Counted from the first letter of the stretch, positions 28,701 to 36,973 are shown. The stretch: 64,000 nt of DNA from Candidatus Uhrbacteria bacterium (GCA_043805995.1 JAZDHJ010000059.1:71-64070); one strand, 5' to 3'. The notes: generated by a model from the letters alone, not told the origin. Program-made: numbers and translations.

Positions 28701-30284
28701 ACTATTTGTAACCTTAATTGGACCGTCTTTGGCACCGGTTGGAACTTGAACAACTATTTCGCTATCCGACCACCAATCACCGCAAGCAGAATTAGAATTA
28801 ATTAATACACTTTCATTGTCACTGACCCCAAGAAAAATTACCGTACCAGCTGTCGTACCAAAACCACTGCCGGAAATGGTAATCAGATTACCTTCAGCTC
28901 CATCGCCAGGCGAAACTCTTTCAATTTCAATCGTGCTGGTGCAAATTCCGTTTTCACAATTACCAGAACGACAGTCGCCATCGTTATAACATTCAGCGCC
29001 ATCACAAGCTCCACAATAATATTCACCGGTGCCGCCGCAGTCGCAAGGTTCTGGATCAACACAAGTACCTGTTTCATAATAAGGATCACCTGAATCAGAA
29101 ATATCGTTATCGCAAGTCGCCGCTCGCAACATTACATTAACCGAACCCGAATCTGAATTTCCGGCACAATCGCTACCCTCGGCCACAATTGTGTACTCAT
29201 GATTAGTAACTTCGCCCGTTGTATTCCACCAACCATCAAAATAATAAGTATCCGGAACAAGCGAATCGGCGGTTCGATAGCTGGTGCTATAAACATCGTC
29301 GCCGCCAACCCAAAAAGTTACCAATGACACACCGACATCATCGACAACTTTCGCTTGCAACGGTTCAGCTCGATCAGCAAAAAGTGAATCACCGGTTGAA
29401 GGACGTTGCATGGTTACGATTGGAGCCGAAACATCCAAACCGCTACCGGTTGTAAAAGAAAAGTCGCAAGGAAAATCTTCGTTCGAACAATCAATTTGAT
29501 AACCGGCTGAACTTTCAAGTGTTGGATCGATAGTTACATCAAAAGTTGTATTTGGTTCGAAACAGAAGAAACCGGAGACGTCTTCGCAAGAATCAAGCGG
29601 AGTAAAAATAAAAGTTTGAGCACTTAAAGCAGTACCGCCAACGGCTGTAAAAGTTCCGGCCACTTCATCGCCAGCTATATCGATTCTAATTTTACTGTTT
29701 TCGGTAATTTCGGCTTTATTGACTCGTTGACTAAAGACAAATCTGGGTTGATAATTTTGAATGGTGGCGGCGCAAGCCGTATCTAAAGGATTCAAAACAA
29801 AAGTTGTTGTCCAATCCGGAACCTCCCAACACTCGGAACCGACACATCCATTTTCTTCTGAAACATTAGTTTCAACACCGCCCCCCATAGCCGTGGTAAT
29901 CCTCGAGATAAAAAACTGAGCAATGGCAAAAGAAGATAAAATTATTACCAAACCAATCAAAGCATTCTTCATTACCGCCTTGGCTTTTTTTATTTTTTCC
30001 TCTTCCCCACCAGCCGTGGTCCACAAAAAACCGGCGTAAATTACAAAACAAACAGCCACCACACCAACAAACCCAAGCGCCACTCGAATTATATTGGCGA
30101 TGAGCAAAACCAAACTAACATTGGCCAAACCGGCTGTTGAAGCAAAGTTTGCACCATTGGTTCCGCCAAACAATTCGTTGGTTGAAACCGTGGCTGCTAA
30201 GGCCGAGTGCGAAACCAAGAAAACAGCGGCCGAAAATAGCACGGCGACCAGAATGATTTTAAGTGAGGGGTGAAAATTTTTCAC
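19776..30284 (-). CDS. Giant (3502 aa) pilin-fused adhesin: signal peptide, VirB2/TrbC-like pilin, Ig-like and IPT/TIG domains, Myxococcus-type Cys-rich repeats, vWA domain
   Basis: IYAGFLWTTAGGEEEKIKKAK..M.NALIGL pilin; I.G..FG IPT motifs; many CGNG/CGDG..E.CD repeats; DIVFVTDLSTTM...ILLSDG vWA motifs. Confidence 0.9.
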   Translation of the reverse strand: MKNFHPSLKIILVAVLFSAAVFLVSHSALAATVSTNELFGGTNGANFASTAGLANVSLVLLIANIIRVALGFVGVVAVCFVIYAGFLWTTAGGEEEKIKKAKAVMKNALIGLVIILSSFAIAQFFISRITTAMGGGVETNVSEENGCVGSECWEVPDWTTTFVLNPLDTACAATIQNYQPRFVFSQRVNKAEITENSKIRIDIAGDEVAGTFTAVGGTALSAQTFIFTPLDSCEDVSGFFCFEPNTTFDVTIDPTLESSAGYQIDCSNEDFPCDFSFTTGSGLDVSAPIVTMQRPSTGDSLFADRAEPLQAKVVDDVGVSLVTFWVGGDDVYSTSYRTADSLVPDTYYFDGWWNTTGEVTNHEYTIVAEGSDCAGNSDSGSVNVMLRAATCDNDISDSGDPYYETGTCVDPEPCDCGGTGEYYCGACDGAECYNDGDCRSGNCENGICTSTIEIERVSPGDGAEGNLITISGSGFGTTAGTVIFLGVSDNESVLINSNSACGDWWSDSEIVVQVPTGAKDGPIKVTNSVNDKFDQTNDDNGSVIGDFDVNTTVRPGICNISPNAGQGGDSVAVSGKNFGAELSNSTFYFGSYEAASYANWNSDGTSFSVISPLLDSGFYDVQFFSGEADSRQGSNVKEFAVSTSSNTEPPVIIDVDSGLRRCVNDSTVLCSSDADCGGSSCLDAGPAGQYVTIYGSNFGTTQGTVRFQNQSTEYEGLGNNNFPDACESVYWSDDTIVIKVPAVYGLTQTSPAVVAGLHDLWVVRGGLSSDTIDFLVTAGEASPGICALVPDAGPVGTTVAIYGEGFEDDAGTVAPFGKVEFYNGVEVTPTPVTWDDGQILGNIAHPMSVPEGTETGPVFIVDKDGQESNSINFQVGMCDVDFTCATGQECCDTGACSSTTLGCGGAESFAAHYAYRFSTGDIPHNPAIQVECSAPGVSPRIVSPSPYEGWEGGTDVCSDAILHVSFTEDMNSSTFTASTILVKECVGDSCTTVVPMTVASSPTSRSFFWQPNYPEGSGWLPGKRYQVTVSGGETGVLSARGLGMLQNYVWYFETSADGEPCTVGGVLVDPAEYTANSICQAGDLTCTGAVVYSATPVSEEYECTLLTCDSGDNFWDFGSRNSTKAAVVDRAADIDPNTVGVQDSICDALALPYQETAVGSPVSIWFELNYGNGGERSVDGSGELTINFSDPQVSNYWPSCSEACLNAEIGLTFNLAMKVDTFANNRVKLFGCEDEACAPDEVTDVTSSLHISPVYTGDAINGIYQLIINHSDLIANTSYRVTVSKDAESDSGSTLAEAVGDMAWYNGDLTWTFTTGDATCEVDRVEVEPSSATLQRIGDIQRFTAVPFGTADDCSDEGQRLIASGYNWEAWTATDYEGQLADTIATVASLFGYSGTSPLRVASSLPVGCSSLCLNTGSPAPVAICGNNAVFDCDADSDCSVGEKCNVNNGQCVEPGEDCDGGIGCSTTCLNIGTTGSTCGNGTINAGEDCDFGASTGHPALTSHPGCSATCLSVGASSVGTTCGNGDVAHSDQAGGEECDYGNENSANNCSANCLNLGSESRSNYPAICGDGVVEGGEDCDDENTTNSDGCSSSCTNEGSSSIYNSLCGNGGVPQTGEDCDDENSVSGDGCSSSCLSEGSSDSRRAVCGNGVRETGEECEATSASATRIAPFVLAYISNTAQQEIRDQGGNSASSKITAKEDVSNKTGDGYLTLQCSCTTDASCNSTTDANSYGCGNSSCCFSRPTVLGRYPEISATSVCRNTAVWVNFSQPMDVEAVKNSGTLYLKLNKIDCIDASCTAGNSVDDLTECPESYTSVVSLTLENNEDENLLVRAWHWLRDNILQIFGAQATTISACLVPVNYTLVTPTKIGLDLPEALVANAEYSLFIMGESNSTGTYTNGAMSADGVDLLNNESSMFVTRADICTLDYVSVIDNGIIGADIYEDPSPGFFSSTGEQHTLTAAGFTLNGAVASQIQSITGVYSWAWGAWSSTEASDETIVNIPAATGTGTTTATSETQDGTVQAVISANITSVDSSGRTVNASVTGQTDLTTFLCSNPWPATRRTGGSYRFEDTSSSAVELGLSATGNFTNFAFSYCRDQAGSTDLLPSLTVREVTSVASTTIFKELLFLANNDAIGVRVLPNPNYLTPADWFADQGFTGSPSETTVDGYEAVQDGNTYYVSAVNSNDPVTSTKILYPNIYVISYNEGASDEMENIFGQVLDSWTFNTNDSVITDVNVCKDSVTITLPTEETVLDSDGQPYPCTLNEECDAGAGSLFCSDNVCKSRGTEDSISVNYVYDTDENLVSCDWDGDCQGVTQSGGTITDDSAFCDGEKAKLTRDLKRLTDARKIATIIDNYGQLFSYCSVTSDQLCGEDDDCPGNEICQQHVPPLISGTFLSSFTTSTWPSWTSELDNALGTTLPTDPINEFVGCHAGADENYCWDSAAGQFTCHEGSHVYLYQNLGGVAYKLGVQLEGSDIIGTWGYSLDDDSADNATLYAEYAYTSSSAESALTNPATSGGFQTTGPMCSNVTMGTSSSRCGDGVKATDNPNTLTVNEAEVCEIGEYESRTCTGGTQNIGCVETMVNSVSTCAWQTAATSACIPYSCGNGVKEGTELCDDGEENGTYGHCSQSCNGGSFSCGDGFIAGGEECDCYSTINWSSNLPATSWASINSCDAANGQYDTTYDDTCAFDCTFPGPSCGDGELNGPEVCDGGYESWSGSLCSAGTNINEECTVDSDCGTGGVCGNATGFQACNIARVCESSDGGIKDGYPCGSDCAAANGTCSSAEYQLSRTRTCNDAPGATCTWETWTACLGGDQVCGNGILEGDEECDDGNDDSTDDCTSECTVSVCGDDYVYAGHETCDNGNENGDVCSPEYDDTCSYCNINCQYTTVSGAYCGDATVQTGEFCDGVDSPRYCFSGSIDPSLRIIGSVCEQPADCATGYTCENVGACNGGYESTNQYYYNAEPCVNVVGSYSSSKECGLDESGDAGICVEPACANSCDATCPTTYESTSILIQTELAGASKQTSADLYDFNNRAGNSPDLATLFIPACEIGTAITADIDTTNWTPPSTDIVFVTDLSTTMGYTNTPMAPGTSISVATEVLSQTIDDLFDHIDELRIALVSFSGEESLWDQGLTTDQGLAILASACVTSRDDAVPLAFTDAGFTNIQSDLLYDSDHGVVSYASRLQNGTPTAAGLLCAKDLLSRSNAQSKIVILLSDGLPNVRMSDGSYGEAYSEFIDTAADEARVVTNELTAAGIKVYSAALPLDDSDTVLGYMRHFSSDDCDTNSSALGTCSLDGTTCGGDYPSCSSLGGCSNDPTITCADVEEDHRDSVCNDGIIGYCEDLNDEEELYDCWDDSQCAEGNCIFSDDDIDGYCSESIPQSCNYPANDPFESVTDCRENAEDGVEYAYSATTASGFTSMFDSILGSIVNMHIGLTTEVNNRTHITSGPVTEGNGVTIPFPEGFACNGATESEIPIKFDFNGTGTINISNISLNYCPIR

Positions 30285-30290
30285 AAAATT

Positions 30291-32186
30291 TTATTGGCTA
30301 ATTGTGACTCCGGTGAATGTGCATGGATCGAGGCTAGCCACACCATTGCAACAATACCTACCAGAATTTGCACCACCACAATTTGAAGTGACATTGTCTT
30401 CTTTTGGTCCATTTGCCGGCGACATACAAATTTGCCAGGCGCTTTTAACACCGTTGGTAATCACTGGATAATAACTGTACAAATCACCGGTTCGTCCGTT
30501 ACCGTTTGAATCTTCGGTGCCGTTATCACTCTCCCAAAAAGTCGCATGGTTAATTGTCACCACAGTAAAATTATCATCAAACGAACTTGGTGTAGTTATT
30601 ACATCAGCAACAGAGCCAGGATTTTCAGCATTGGAATTTTGATACCAAAAAGCCTGAACAAAATCAGGCAACAGTCTGATATTAGTGGAATTAAGAGTTG
30701 AAGATTGCATGAGTGAATCAAAATTGATCGTTACATTCTGATTCAAAGTAACTTGTCCTTGATTAACCGTAGGGCCAACACTGAAAATTGCCGGCACATC
30801 GGTTCTGGGTTCAGCTTCAGTTGTAAAACCCCATTCGTAGTTGTCCAAACTTGACGGAGAACCTGGACCGTCAGCTATGCCATTTCTGTTTCCATCCAAA
30901 GAATTGCCAGCCGCATCAACCAAACCATTAAACAAACCTTCGTCAGTCATGGCCGCTTGAGGCGGATCAGTACTTAACGCAGCAGCCTTGGCCACGACAT
31001 CCAAATTCACATTTCTCGGCAAACAGAAAATATCATTTCCGCAGGGATCAGAACCACAAATTTCGGTTGGTACAAATTCCACAGTTCGGTAGACATTGGA
31101 GACACTATAAGTACCGGCGGTATTGTCTGTGGTGTTTTTTAAAACCTTAATGTTAGTAAACTCCGGTGGCGAGTCTGCTGGCAGAGGTGTTACACCGGTA
31201 TAAGTTCCACTGGCCGCTATTGGGTCCATAGCTTCGTTAAAAGTTATGGCCACAATAATATTTGGCGCTTCGGTTGACCTAAGGGGTGATAAATCGGCTG
31301 GCACAACCGAAACAACTTGTGGTGGGGTTAAATCAACTTCGGTTGAAACCTCGAACTGCCAGGCATAACCTTCAGAATCAAAGGCACCGGCAAAGGAACC
31401 ATTGGGTAAAACTTTTTTAATTCCGGTACCGAGAGTCACGGTATAATTCATTTCTGTTGTGTCGCTACCAAGCAAGACCGTAGGATCAAAGCTAAAAGTT
31501 TTGTGATCGGCTGTAACCGCAACTTGTACTTGACTGCCAGTCAAAGCTACTCCGTCCGCAATATCGGTTGGAGCAATGGTTACGTTGGCTGCGTTTAAAA
31601 CATTAGGGGTAGTCGCAACACCATCATCATCAACCATAATAGTATCGACTTTAATCGCCTCCTTAAAAGTCACATAAATTCTGGTGTTGCGGGGAATTTC
31701 GGTAGCGTCACGGGCTGGATAATGAGATTCAATGATGCCAGAACCGAGTGAACCAGCTAAAGGTTCATTAAAATTTTGCGCTGTAGTGGTGGAAATGCCA
31801 CCGTTTAAACCAGCGGCCTCGAGAAGATAATTTAAAACAAAAGTGGCAATGGAATAAGCCGAGAGAATTATGAGCAACCCGATGATAGTGGTTTTAATAA
31901 TATCTTTGGCTTTTTTGGTATTTTTTTCTTCGCCTTGAGAAGTGAAATAAAGCCAACCGGCATAAATTATTAAACACACCATGATGACACCCAAAACCCC
32001 AAGAACGATTCTGATAATTCGAGCCACTAAAATACCAAGCTCAATTGTAGCTAAACCCGAAGTCTCGCCAACTGTGGATAGTTCGTTAGTTACCAAATCT
32101 GCGGCAAAAGAATGAAATGGTAAAAACAACAAAAAAGCCACGGTGGCAATACCAACTGCCGTAATCAAAAGCCTATTTTTTTTCAC
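30291..32186 (-). CDS. Pilin-fused Ig-like (Big_5-type) domain protein (631 aa)
   Basis: IYAGWLYFTSQGEEKNTKKAK.II...IIGL pilin, then three repeats of P.....I.VTF.E....Y.W.F type. Confidence 0.88.
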   Translation of the reverse strand: MKKNRLLITAVGIATVAFLLFLPFHSFAADLVTNELSTVGETSGLATIELGILVARIIRIVLGVLGVIMVCLIIYAGWLYFTSQGEEKNTKKAKDIIKTTIIGLLIILSAYSIATFVLNYLLEAAGLNGGISTTTAQNFNEPLAGSLGSGIIESHYPARDATEIPRNTRIYVTFKEAIKVDTIMVDDDGVATTPNVLNAANVTIAPTDIADGVALTGSQVQVAVTADHKTFSFDPTVLLGSDTTEMNYTVTLGTGIKKVLPNGSFAGAFDSEGYAWQFEVSTEVDLTPPQVVSVVPADLSPLRSTEAPNIIVAITFNEAMDPIAASGTYTGVTPLPADSPPEFTNIKVLKNTTDNTAGTYSVSNVYRTVEFVPTEICGSDPCGNDIFCLPRNVNLDVVAKAAALSTDPPQAAMTDEGLFNGLVDAAGNSLDGNRNGIADGPGSPSSLDNYEWGFTTEAEPRTDVPAIFSVGPTVNQGQVTLNQNVTINFDSLMQSSTLNSTNIRLLPDFVQAFWYQNSNAENPGSVADVITTPSSFDDNFTVVTINHATFWESDNGTEDSNGNGRTGDLYSYYPVITNGVKSAWQICMSPANGPKEDNVTSNCGGANSGRYCCNGVASLDPCTFTGVTISQ

Positions 32187-32262
32187 ATGCTTTGTGTTTA
32201 AGAAACCGTAATCATTTTAGCACAAAAAACAAAAAACCGCTTGGCTTTTTTCACCAAACGGT

Positions 32263-32271
32263 TGTGGATAA
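32263..32271 (-). promoter_or_regulatory. Perfect DnaA-box-like 9-mer upstream of the pilin-adhesin genes
   Basis: TTATCCACA on the minus strand, ~40 bp upstream of a TGCTAAAAT extended -10; single site, function unproven. Confidence 0.3.
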
Positions 32272-32280
32272 TAAACCAAC

Positions 32281-32670
32281 CTAAGATACAGCTCCTAAAC
32301 GAATCAAACTAGAAGTAGCAATCAGGTAAATACAGAACATAACCACCATACCTGTTCCACCAACAAAAACCAGGTAACGACAGTGACGAACCTTATCATC
32401 AGATCCTGAGGATATAATATATTGAAGCGCTCCTTGCAAAAGGAGAAAAATGAAAAAAATGGCAAAAACCGCCGAAGCTACTCGCAAACCACGAAAAAAC
32501 AATTCCAAGGTTTGTCCGGAATTAAAAGCTTGTCCTTGAAGAAAATCAAAAAACGAACCCTTAGCCGGAGCCGATGAGTTTACCGAATTCGTCGCTGGAG
32601 TTTTCAAGATAGTAGTTGGCACTCCACTCACGGCCAAAAGCGTCGATGATTTTAAACCTGGAAAAAACAT
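32281..32670 (-). CDS. Small divergent VirB2/TrbC-like pilin (129 aa)
   Basis: Two hydrophobic helices around GALQYIISSGSDDKV; ATG at 32670 (the longer ORF starts inside a repeat). Confidence 0.65.
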   Translation of the reverse strand: MFFPGLKSSTLLAVSGVPTTILKTPATNSVNSSAPAKGSFFDFLQGQAFNSGQTLELFFRGLRVASAVFAIFFIFLLLQGALQYIISSGSDDKVRHCRYLVFVGGTGMVVMFCIYLIATSSLIRLGAVS

Positions 32671-32863
32671 ATAAATTTTATTTATGGTAGAGGGAGTAAA
32701 TTGTCTGGGGCGTTGAGGCATTAAAGCCTCGCCCGTAAACCAGCTCTGCCCATAGAGCAACACCTGAGGGGCTATGGCCGAGGGGCACTAAGGCAAGGAA
32801 AATATTTCTTAGGCAAAATCCTCCATGCCCCTAAGGCCCTTTAACGCCCCACAACGCCCCCCC

Positions 32864-33307
32864 CTAAACCAACACCTTTTCCAAAACCTCTTTAACTCGT
32901 CCAGCATTCGCTCGACCAGCTACGGCTGTCATTACAGCCCCCATCGCTTTCCCTGTATCTGCTTTGGCCGAAATTCCAGCTTCCAATAAAGCATCACGAA
33001 CGGTTTTTTCCAAATCTTCGTCCGGCATCTCGGCCGGCAAATAACCTTCAAGTGTTACCAATTCATTTTTATTTTTTTCCACCAAATCATTTCGACCAGC
33101 CGCTTCAAAAGAAGCCAATGCATCTTTGAGTTGTTTGATTTGAGTTCGGATAACTGCCAAGACATCTTCTTCCTTTAATTCCCGAATTAATTCAATCTCT
33201 TTATTTTTAAGCGCCGAACGCAAAAGTCGAAGGGTGGAAAGCACGGCCTCCTTTTTTTCCTTCATGGCCGCGGTGAGATCGGCGTTGATTTTTTCTAGGG
33301 TGGACAT
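32864..33307 (-). CDS. yqeY: GatB/YqeY domain protein
   Basis: DL.AAMK.K...LRLL.SA.KN.EI, F..AGR.DL, YLP, G..MG.VM. Confidence 0.92.
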   Translation of the reverse strand: MSTLEKINADLTAAMKEKKEAVLSTLRLLRSALKNKEIELIRELKEEDVLAVIRTQIKQLKDALASFEAAGRNDLVEKNKNELVTLEGYLPAEMPDEDLEKTVRDALLEAGISAKADTGKAMGAVMTAVAGRANAGRVKEVLEKVLV

Positions 33308-33632
33308 ATTTTTGATTGGGTTATGTAAATAGGTAGAAACATAGAAATTGTAGATTGGTAGAAAACGTAGAATTTTTGTCGGTTGTTTGCTTTTGAACTC
33401 TGATTAAAATGATTTTCTGATTACAATGATTTATTTTTAATCCAATTCCAACAATCATGGCCATCACTTCCCGCCGGTGGAGGCCTTTGGCGGGATCCCG
33501 TTCGAAACTAAGAGGCGAGATAATCAGTTTAATCAGAGTTCAGCCAACCAACACAACAATCTACGCCGTCTACGACTTCGACTATTCTACTAAAACCAGT
33601 ATACAAAAAAGCGGCTAAAGCCGCTAGTTTGT

Positions 33633-33884
33633 TTATTTGCGATGTGATTTGTTTTTCTTTTCTTCTTCTTCAGTCAAACGACCAGTTTTCAGTAAGAATT
33701 CACGATGAGCAGCCGTTTCTAAACGACGAAGTGCGCTGTTTCTGAGGGAAGTTTTGTTTTTATCACGAGCGTGGAAGCGGTGCTTTTTAGCTTCGATAAG
33801 ACGGCCAGAAAGCTGAACGCGTTTGGTAAAGCGACGCAACAGAGCGTCGAAGCTTTCGCCTTTACGGCGTTTTGTTTCTAACAT
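33633..33884 (-). CDS. rpsU: 30S ribosomal protein bS21
   Basis: KRRKGESFDALLRRF.KRV..SG.L.E.K; located just upstream of yqeY, the usual synteny. Confidence 0.85.
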   Translation of the reverse strand: MLETKRRKGESFDALLRRFTKRVQLSGRLIEAKKHRFHARDKNKTSLRNSALRRLETAAHREFLLKTGRLTEEEEKKNKSHRK

Positions 33885-33957
33885 ATCTATCACCTTCCTT
33901 TCCTGCAGGAGCTAAATAGCCTCTGCTTAAGTTTTGACGCTGGTTATAATGCCTTTT

Positions 33958-35391
33958 TTAATGCTTGGTGTCAAGACCTTTGGCTATTTCCAGTTTCTTT
34001 TTCATAATATGGATGATTTTACTAGCGTCAACAATTTCCTGGGCGCCGGATTCCATGTCACGAACTATGATTGTGCCATCGAGAACTTCTTTTTGTCCAA
34101 GAATCAGAGTGAACAATACACCAAGCTTATTAGCTAATTCCAACTGAGTTTTTAAAGAACCTTTGCCAAAAGCCTCGCGAACACTGATACCAGACTGACG
34201 AAAATCTTCAAAAACCTTTAGACCGACCCGGCGAGCTGAATCACCTAATTGAGCAAAAAAGACATCAACTTTTTTGGCGGGTGGCTGAACCTTTAATTCT
34301 TTCAAAGCCAACACAATGCGTTCCATGCCCAAAGCCACACCACAACCCGGAGTTCCCTCGCGACCACCAAGAAGTTCGACTAAACCGTCATAACGACCGC
34401 CGCCGCCGATGGCATTCTGAGCTCTTTCGCCTTCATCGTTCACGGTCCAGATTTCAAAAACTGTACGGTTGTAATAATCGAGTCCACGCACCAAATGTGG
34501 ATCAAGGGTGTAAGGCACACCAGCTTCGTCTAAAAATTCCAAAATGCGCATGAAGTGATTTTTGGATTCTTCGTCAAGCCAATCAAGAATTTGTGGCGCG
34601 TCAACTTTCACAGCCAAACAGCCTTCGACTTTACAATCCAAAAGGCGCATAGGATTTTTTAAAAGGCGGCGTTTACAATCCTCGCAAATCTGATTTTTTT
34701 TGGTGCGATAATAAGAAGCCAATTCTGTTTTATAAGCTTGACGTGAATCTTGAGTCCCAATGGAATTCATGCGGATGTTGGTTTCCAAACCAATGGTTTT
34801 TAAAAGATTGTAAGTCATGACAATAATCTGCGCGTCGATGATAGGTTCGGAACTACCAAAAGCCTCGAAACCGATTTGATAAAACTGACGATAGCGACCA
34901 GCTTGTGGACGGTCGTATCTAAAATTTGGACCTTCGTAAAAAAGTTTAACCGGCTGAGGCAGGTTTAACATGCCGTGATTAATGTAAGCTCGAGCCGCCG
35001 AAGCCGTCATTTCCGGACGCATGACTACCTTATCACCACCCTTGTCCTCAAAACTATAAATTTCTTTTTCAACAATATCGGTCTGTTTACCAACGGTGCG
35101 AATAAACAATTCTTCCTTTTCCAAAATTGGAAAATCAATTCGGTCAAAACTGTAAGTCTCAGCCATGCTTTTGGTTGCTTCACGTAAAATATCCCAATAT
35201 ATTTGTTCGTCTGGCAAAATGTCACGAAAGCCGCGCAAAAGTTCCGGAGTTTTTCGACCCTTTGATAATGGTACGACCGGTGGTTCTGGTACCGAAATTT
35301 TCTTTTTTAATTCTTCCGGCTCTTCGATTTTATCTTCAACCTTAATCGATTTTTCTATTTTTTTCACCGGTGCTTTTATTTTATTGGGCAT
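33958..35391 (-). CDS. hisS: Histidine--tRNA ligase with a K/E/P-rich N-terminal extension
   Basis: RGFRDILP, RPEMTA, FRYDRPQAGRYRQF, LVRGLDYY, GGGRYDGL. Confidence 0.97.
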   Translation of the reverse strand: MPNKIKAPVKKIEKSIKVEDKIEEPEELKKKISVPEPPVVPLSKGRKTPELLRGFRDILPDEQIYWDILREATKSMAETYSFDRIDFPILEKEELFIRTVGKQTDIVEKEIYSFEDKGGDKVVMRPEMTASAARAYINHGMLNLPQPVKLFYEGPNFRYDRPQAGRYRQFYQIGFEAFGSSEPIIDAQIIVMTYNLLKTIGLETNIRMNSIGTQDSRQAYKTELASYYRTKKNQICEDCKRRLLKNPMRLLDCKVEGCLAVKVDAPQILDWLDEESKNHFMRILEFLDEAGVPYTLDPHLVRGLDYYNRTVFEIWTVNDEGERAQNAIGGGGRYDGLVELLGGREGTPGCGVALGMERIVLALKELKVQPPAKKVDVFFAQLGDSARRVGLKVFEDFRQSGISVREAFGKGSLKTQLELANKLGVLFTLILGQKEVLDGTIIVRDMESGAQEIVDASKIIHIMKKKLEIAKGLDTKH

Positions 35392-35570
35392 ATTTTTGGC
35401 TTGGATTAAAGGGGACGGAAGGCCTCGCCTGTAGGCCAGGCTATGGCCGAAGGGGTTTAAGGGGTTGAAGAGTTTTTTAAAATTTGGTTGGAACACAGAA
35501 TATTATTCTCTATTCAAAACCGTAATAAAAATCCCCTGCAACCCCTTCGACCCCTTATTCCCCAAAAAAA

Positions 35571-36194
35571 TTACAAATTGTAAGATGGAATTTCGAAAGT
35601 GCCGATTCTGTCAAAAGGTAAACCACGTACCCAGACTTTTCCGATTATATCTTCCTTTGTCAAAGCTCCCCAAACCCGCGAATCAGAACTGGCGTCGCGA
35701 TGATCACCAAGAACAAAGTATTCATCGGCTCCAAGAGTTACCTTTTTTGTTCCTGTCGTCACTGTACCTTCCGGTAAATAAACCGATTCGTCAAGCGCTA
35801 GACCGTTTGGATGTTCATCATTATAAATTGTTACTCGACCGTTTGAGACTTCGATTGTTTCGCCTGGCAAACCAATAACCCGCTTGATAAAAAATTCTGA
35901 TGGATCTTTTGGGTAACGAAAGACAATAGTTTCGCCACGAGCCGGTGCCGCAAAACGATAACTTAATTCGTCGATAATCAAATATTCACGATCGTAAAAA
36001 TTTGGTTCCATGGACGCGCCTTTGACATAAAAAGGTTGAACCAAAAAATAACGAATCGGAATAATAATGGCCGCAGAAATAACCGCGATTTGAACAAACT
36101 CCAAAATCAAAACAATCACCGTTCCGGCCGGTATGCCGAATTTACGGTGCCAAAAAGTGTCATTAGCGTGTTCTTGGCGACAAAAAAGTTTCAT
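35571..36194 (-). CDS. lepB: Signal peptidase I
   Basis: VKGASMEP, FIKRVIGLPGE, GDHR..SSDSR.WG. Confidence 0.96.
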   Translation of the reverse strand: MKLFCRQEHANDTFWHRKFGIPAGTVIVLILEFVQIAVISAAIIIPIRYFLVQPFYVKGASMEPNFYDREYLIIDELSYRFAAPARGETIVFRYPKDPSEFFIKRVIGLPGETIEVSNGRVTIYNDEHPNGLALDESVYLPEGTVTTGTKKVTLGADEYFVLGDHRDASSDSRVWGALTKEDIIGKVWVRGLPFDRIGTFEIPSYNL

Positions 36195-36234
36195 AGTTCC
36201 TGTCTAAAATACTCCAAATAAAAAGAAAAAGCAA

Positions 36235-36431
36235 GGGGGGCGAATAACGAATTGATTATCCCGCCGACGGTGGCCTTTGACGGGATCCCGCTCCGAGTCC
36301 TACGAGGCGGGACGAATTTACGAATCTACAAATATGGATTTCCATCCATAGAGACAGGGCATTGCCCTGTCTCTACAATCGGTCATATTCGTATATTCGC
36401 AAATTCACAAAAAATTCGTTATTCGCACCCC
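36235..36431. repeat. Composite MITE-like palindrome, copy lacking the family-A insertion
   Basis: Same termini and module order as 18647-18879. Confidence 0.85.
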
Positions 36432-36510
36432 CTCCAAAAAAAGATCCCGGCAGAGATGCACGGGATAGAACGTCTTGATGTGAACCAAGAGTTTACTTGG
36501 CTCGAGTGGC

Positions 36511-36918
36511 TCAGTGACGAGGGCTGGGATCGCGCACACTGGACTGATCCCGTCTAGCCTGATCTGCCTCGTCTGCAGGATCTCCGGCCGCAACCGAGCG
36601 ACGAGACTGCCGATCTTTAGAAGGTCCGTTATGAACGCCTCTTCCGTCACTTGAAGAAGACTTAGACTTCCTCCACTGAGGCAAACTCCCGGATGGTGTG
36701 AAATCCTTTTCAGCTTGTGTTTCCGGTACTTCGACCAACCGTAACTCCCCATCCAGGGCGTGATGCGTGTCAGTCCAATGATCATCTACCAATAAAAGCC
36801 TGATCTCCTTGATGTCGGCCTCCCTGCTCGCCTTATCCCCGGGATCGGTCGCCGGATCACCAGAAATTTCACGGTCACAAATCGGACAAAAGATTACCCC
36901 TCGAACCTTGGCTGACAT
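36511..36918 (-). CDS. Hypothetical protein with a CxxC...H...H putative Zn site
   Basis: ATG after a GAGGGAGGGG SD-like tract; CPIC...DHWTDTHH. Confidence 0.55.
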   Translation of the reverse strand: MSAKVRGVIFCPICDREISGDPATDPGDKASREADIKEIRLLLVDDHWTDTHHALDGELRLVEVPETQAEKDFTPSGSLPQWRKSKSSSSDGRGVHNGPSKDRQSRRSVAAGDPADEADQARRDQSSVRDPSPRH

Positions 36919-36973
36919 CTGTTTTCCCCTCCCTCTGATTTTCGAGGTTGGACTGATTGTTTGGTAGGGTCTC

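Noticed and set aside
32263-32271. Replication origin at the DnaA-box-like site
   Set aside because: Only one perfect box; no cluster and no dnaA or dnaN in the window.
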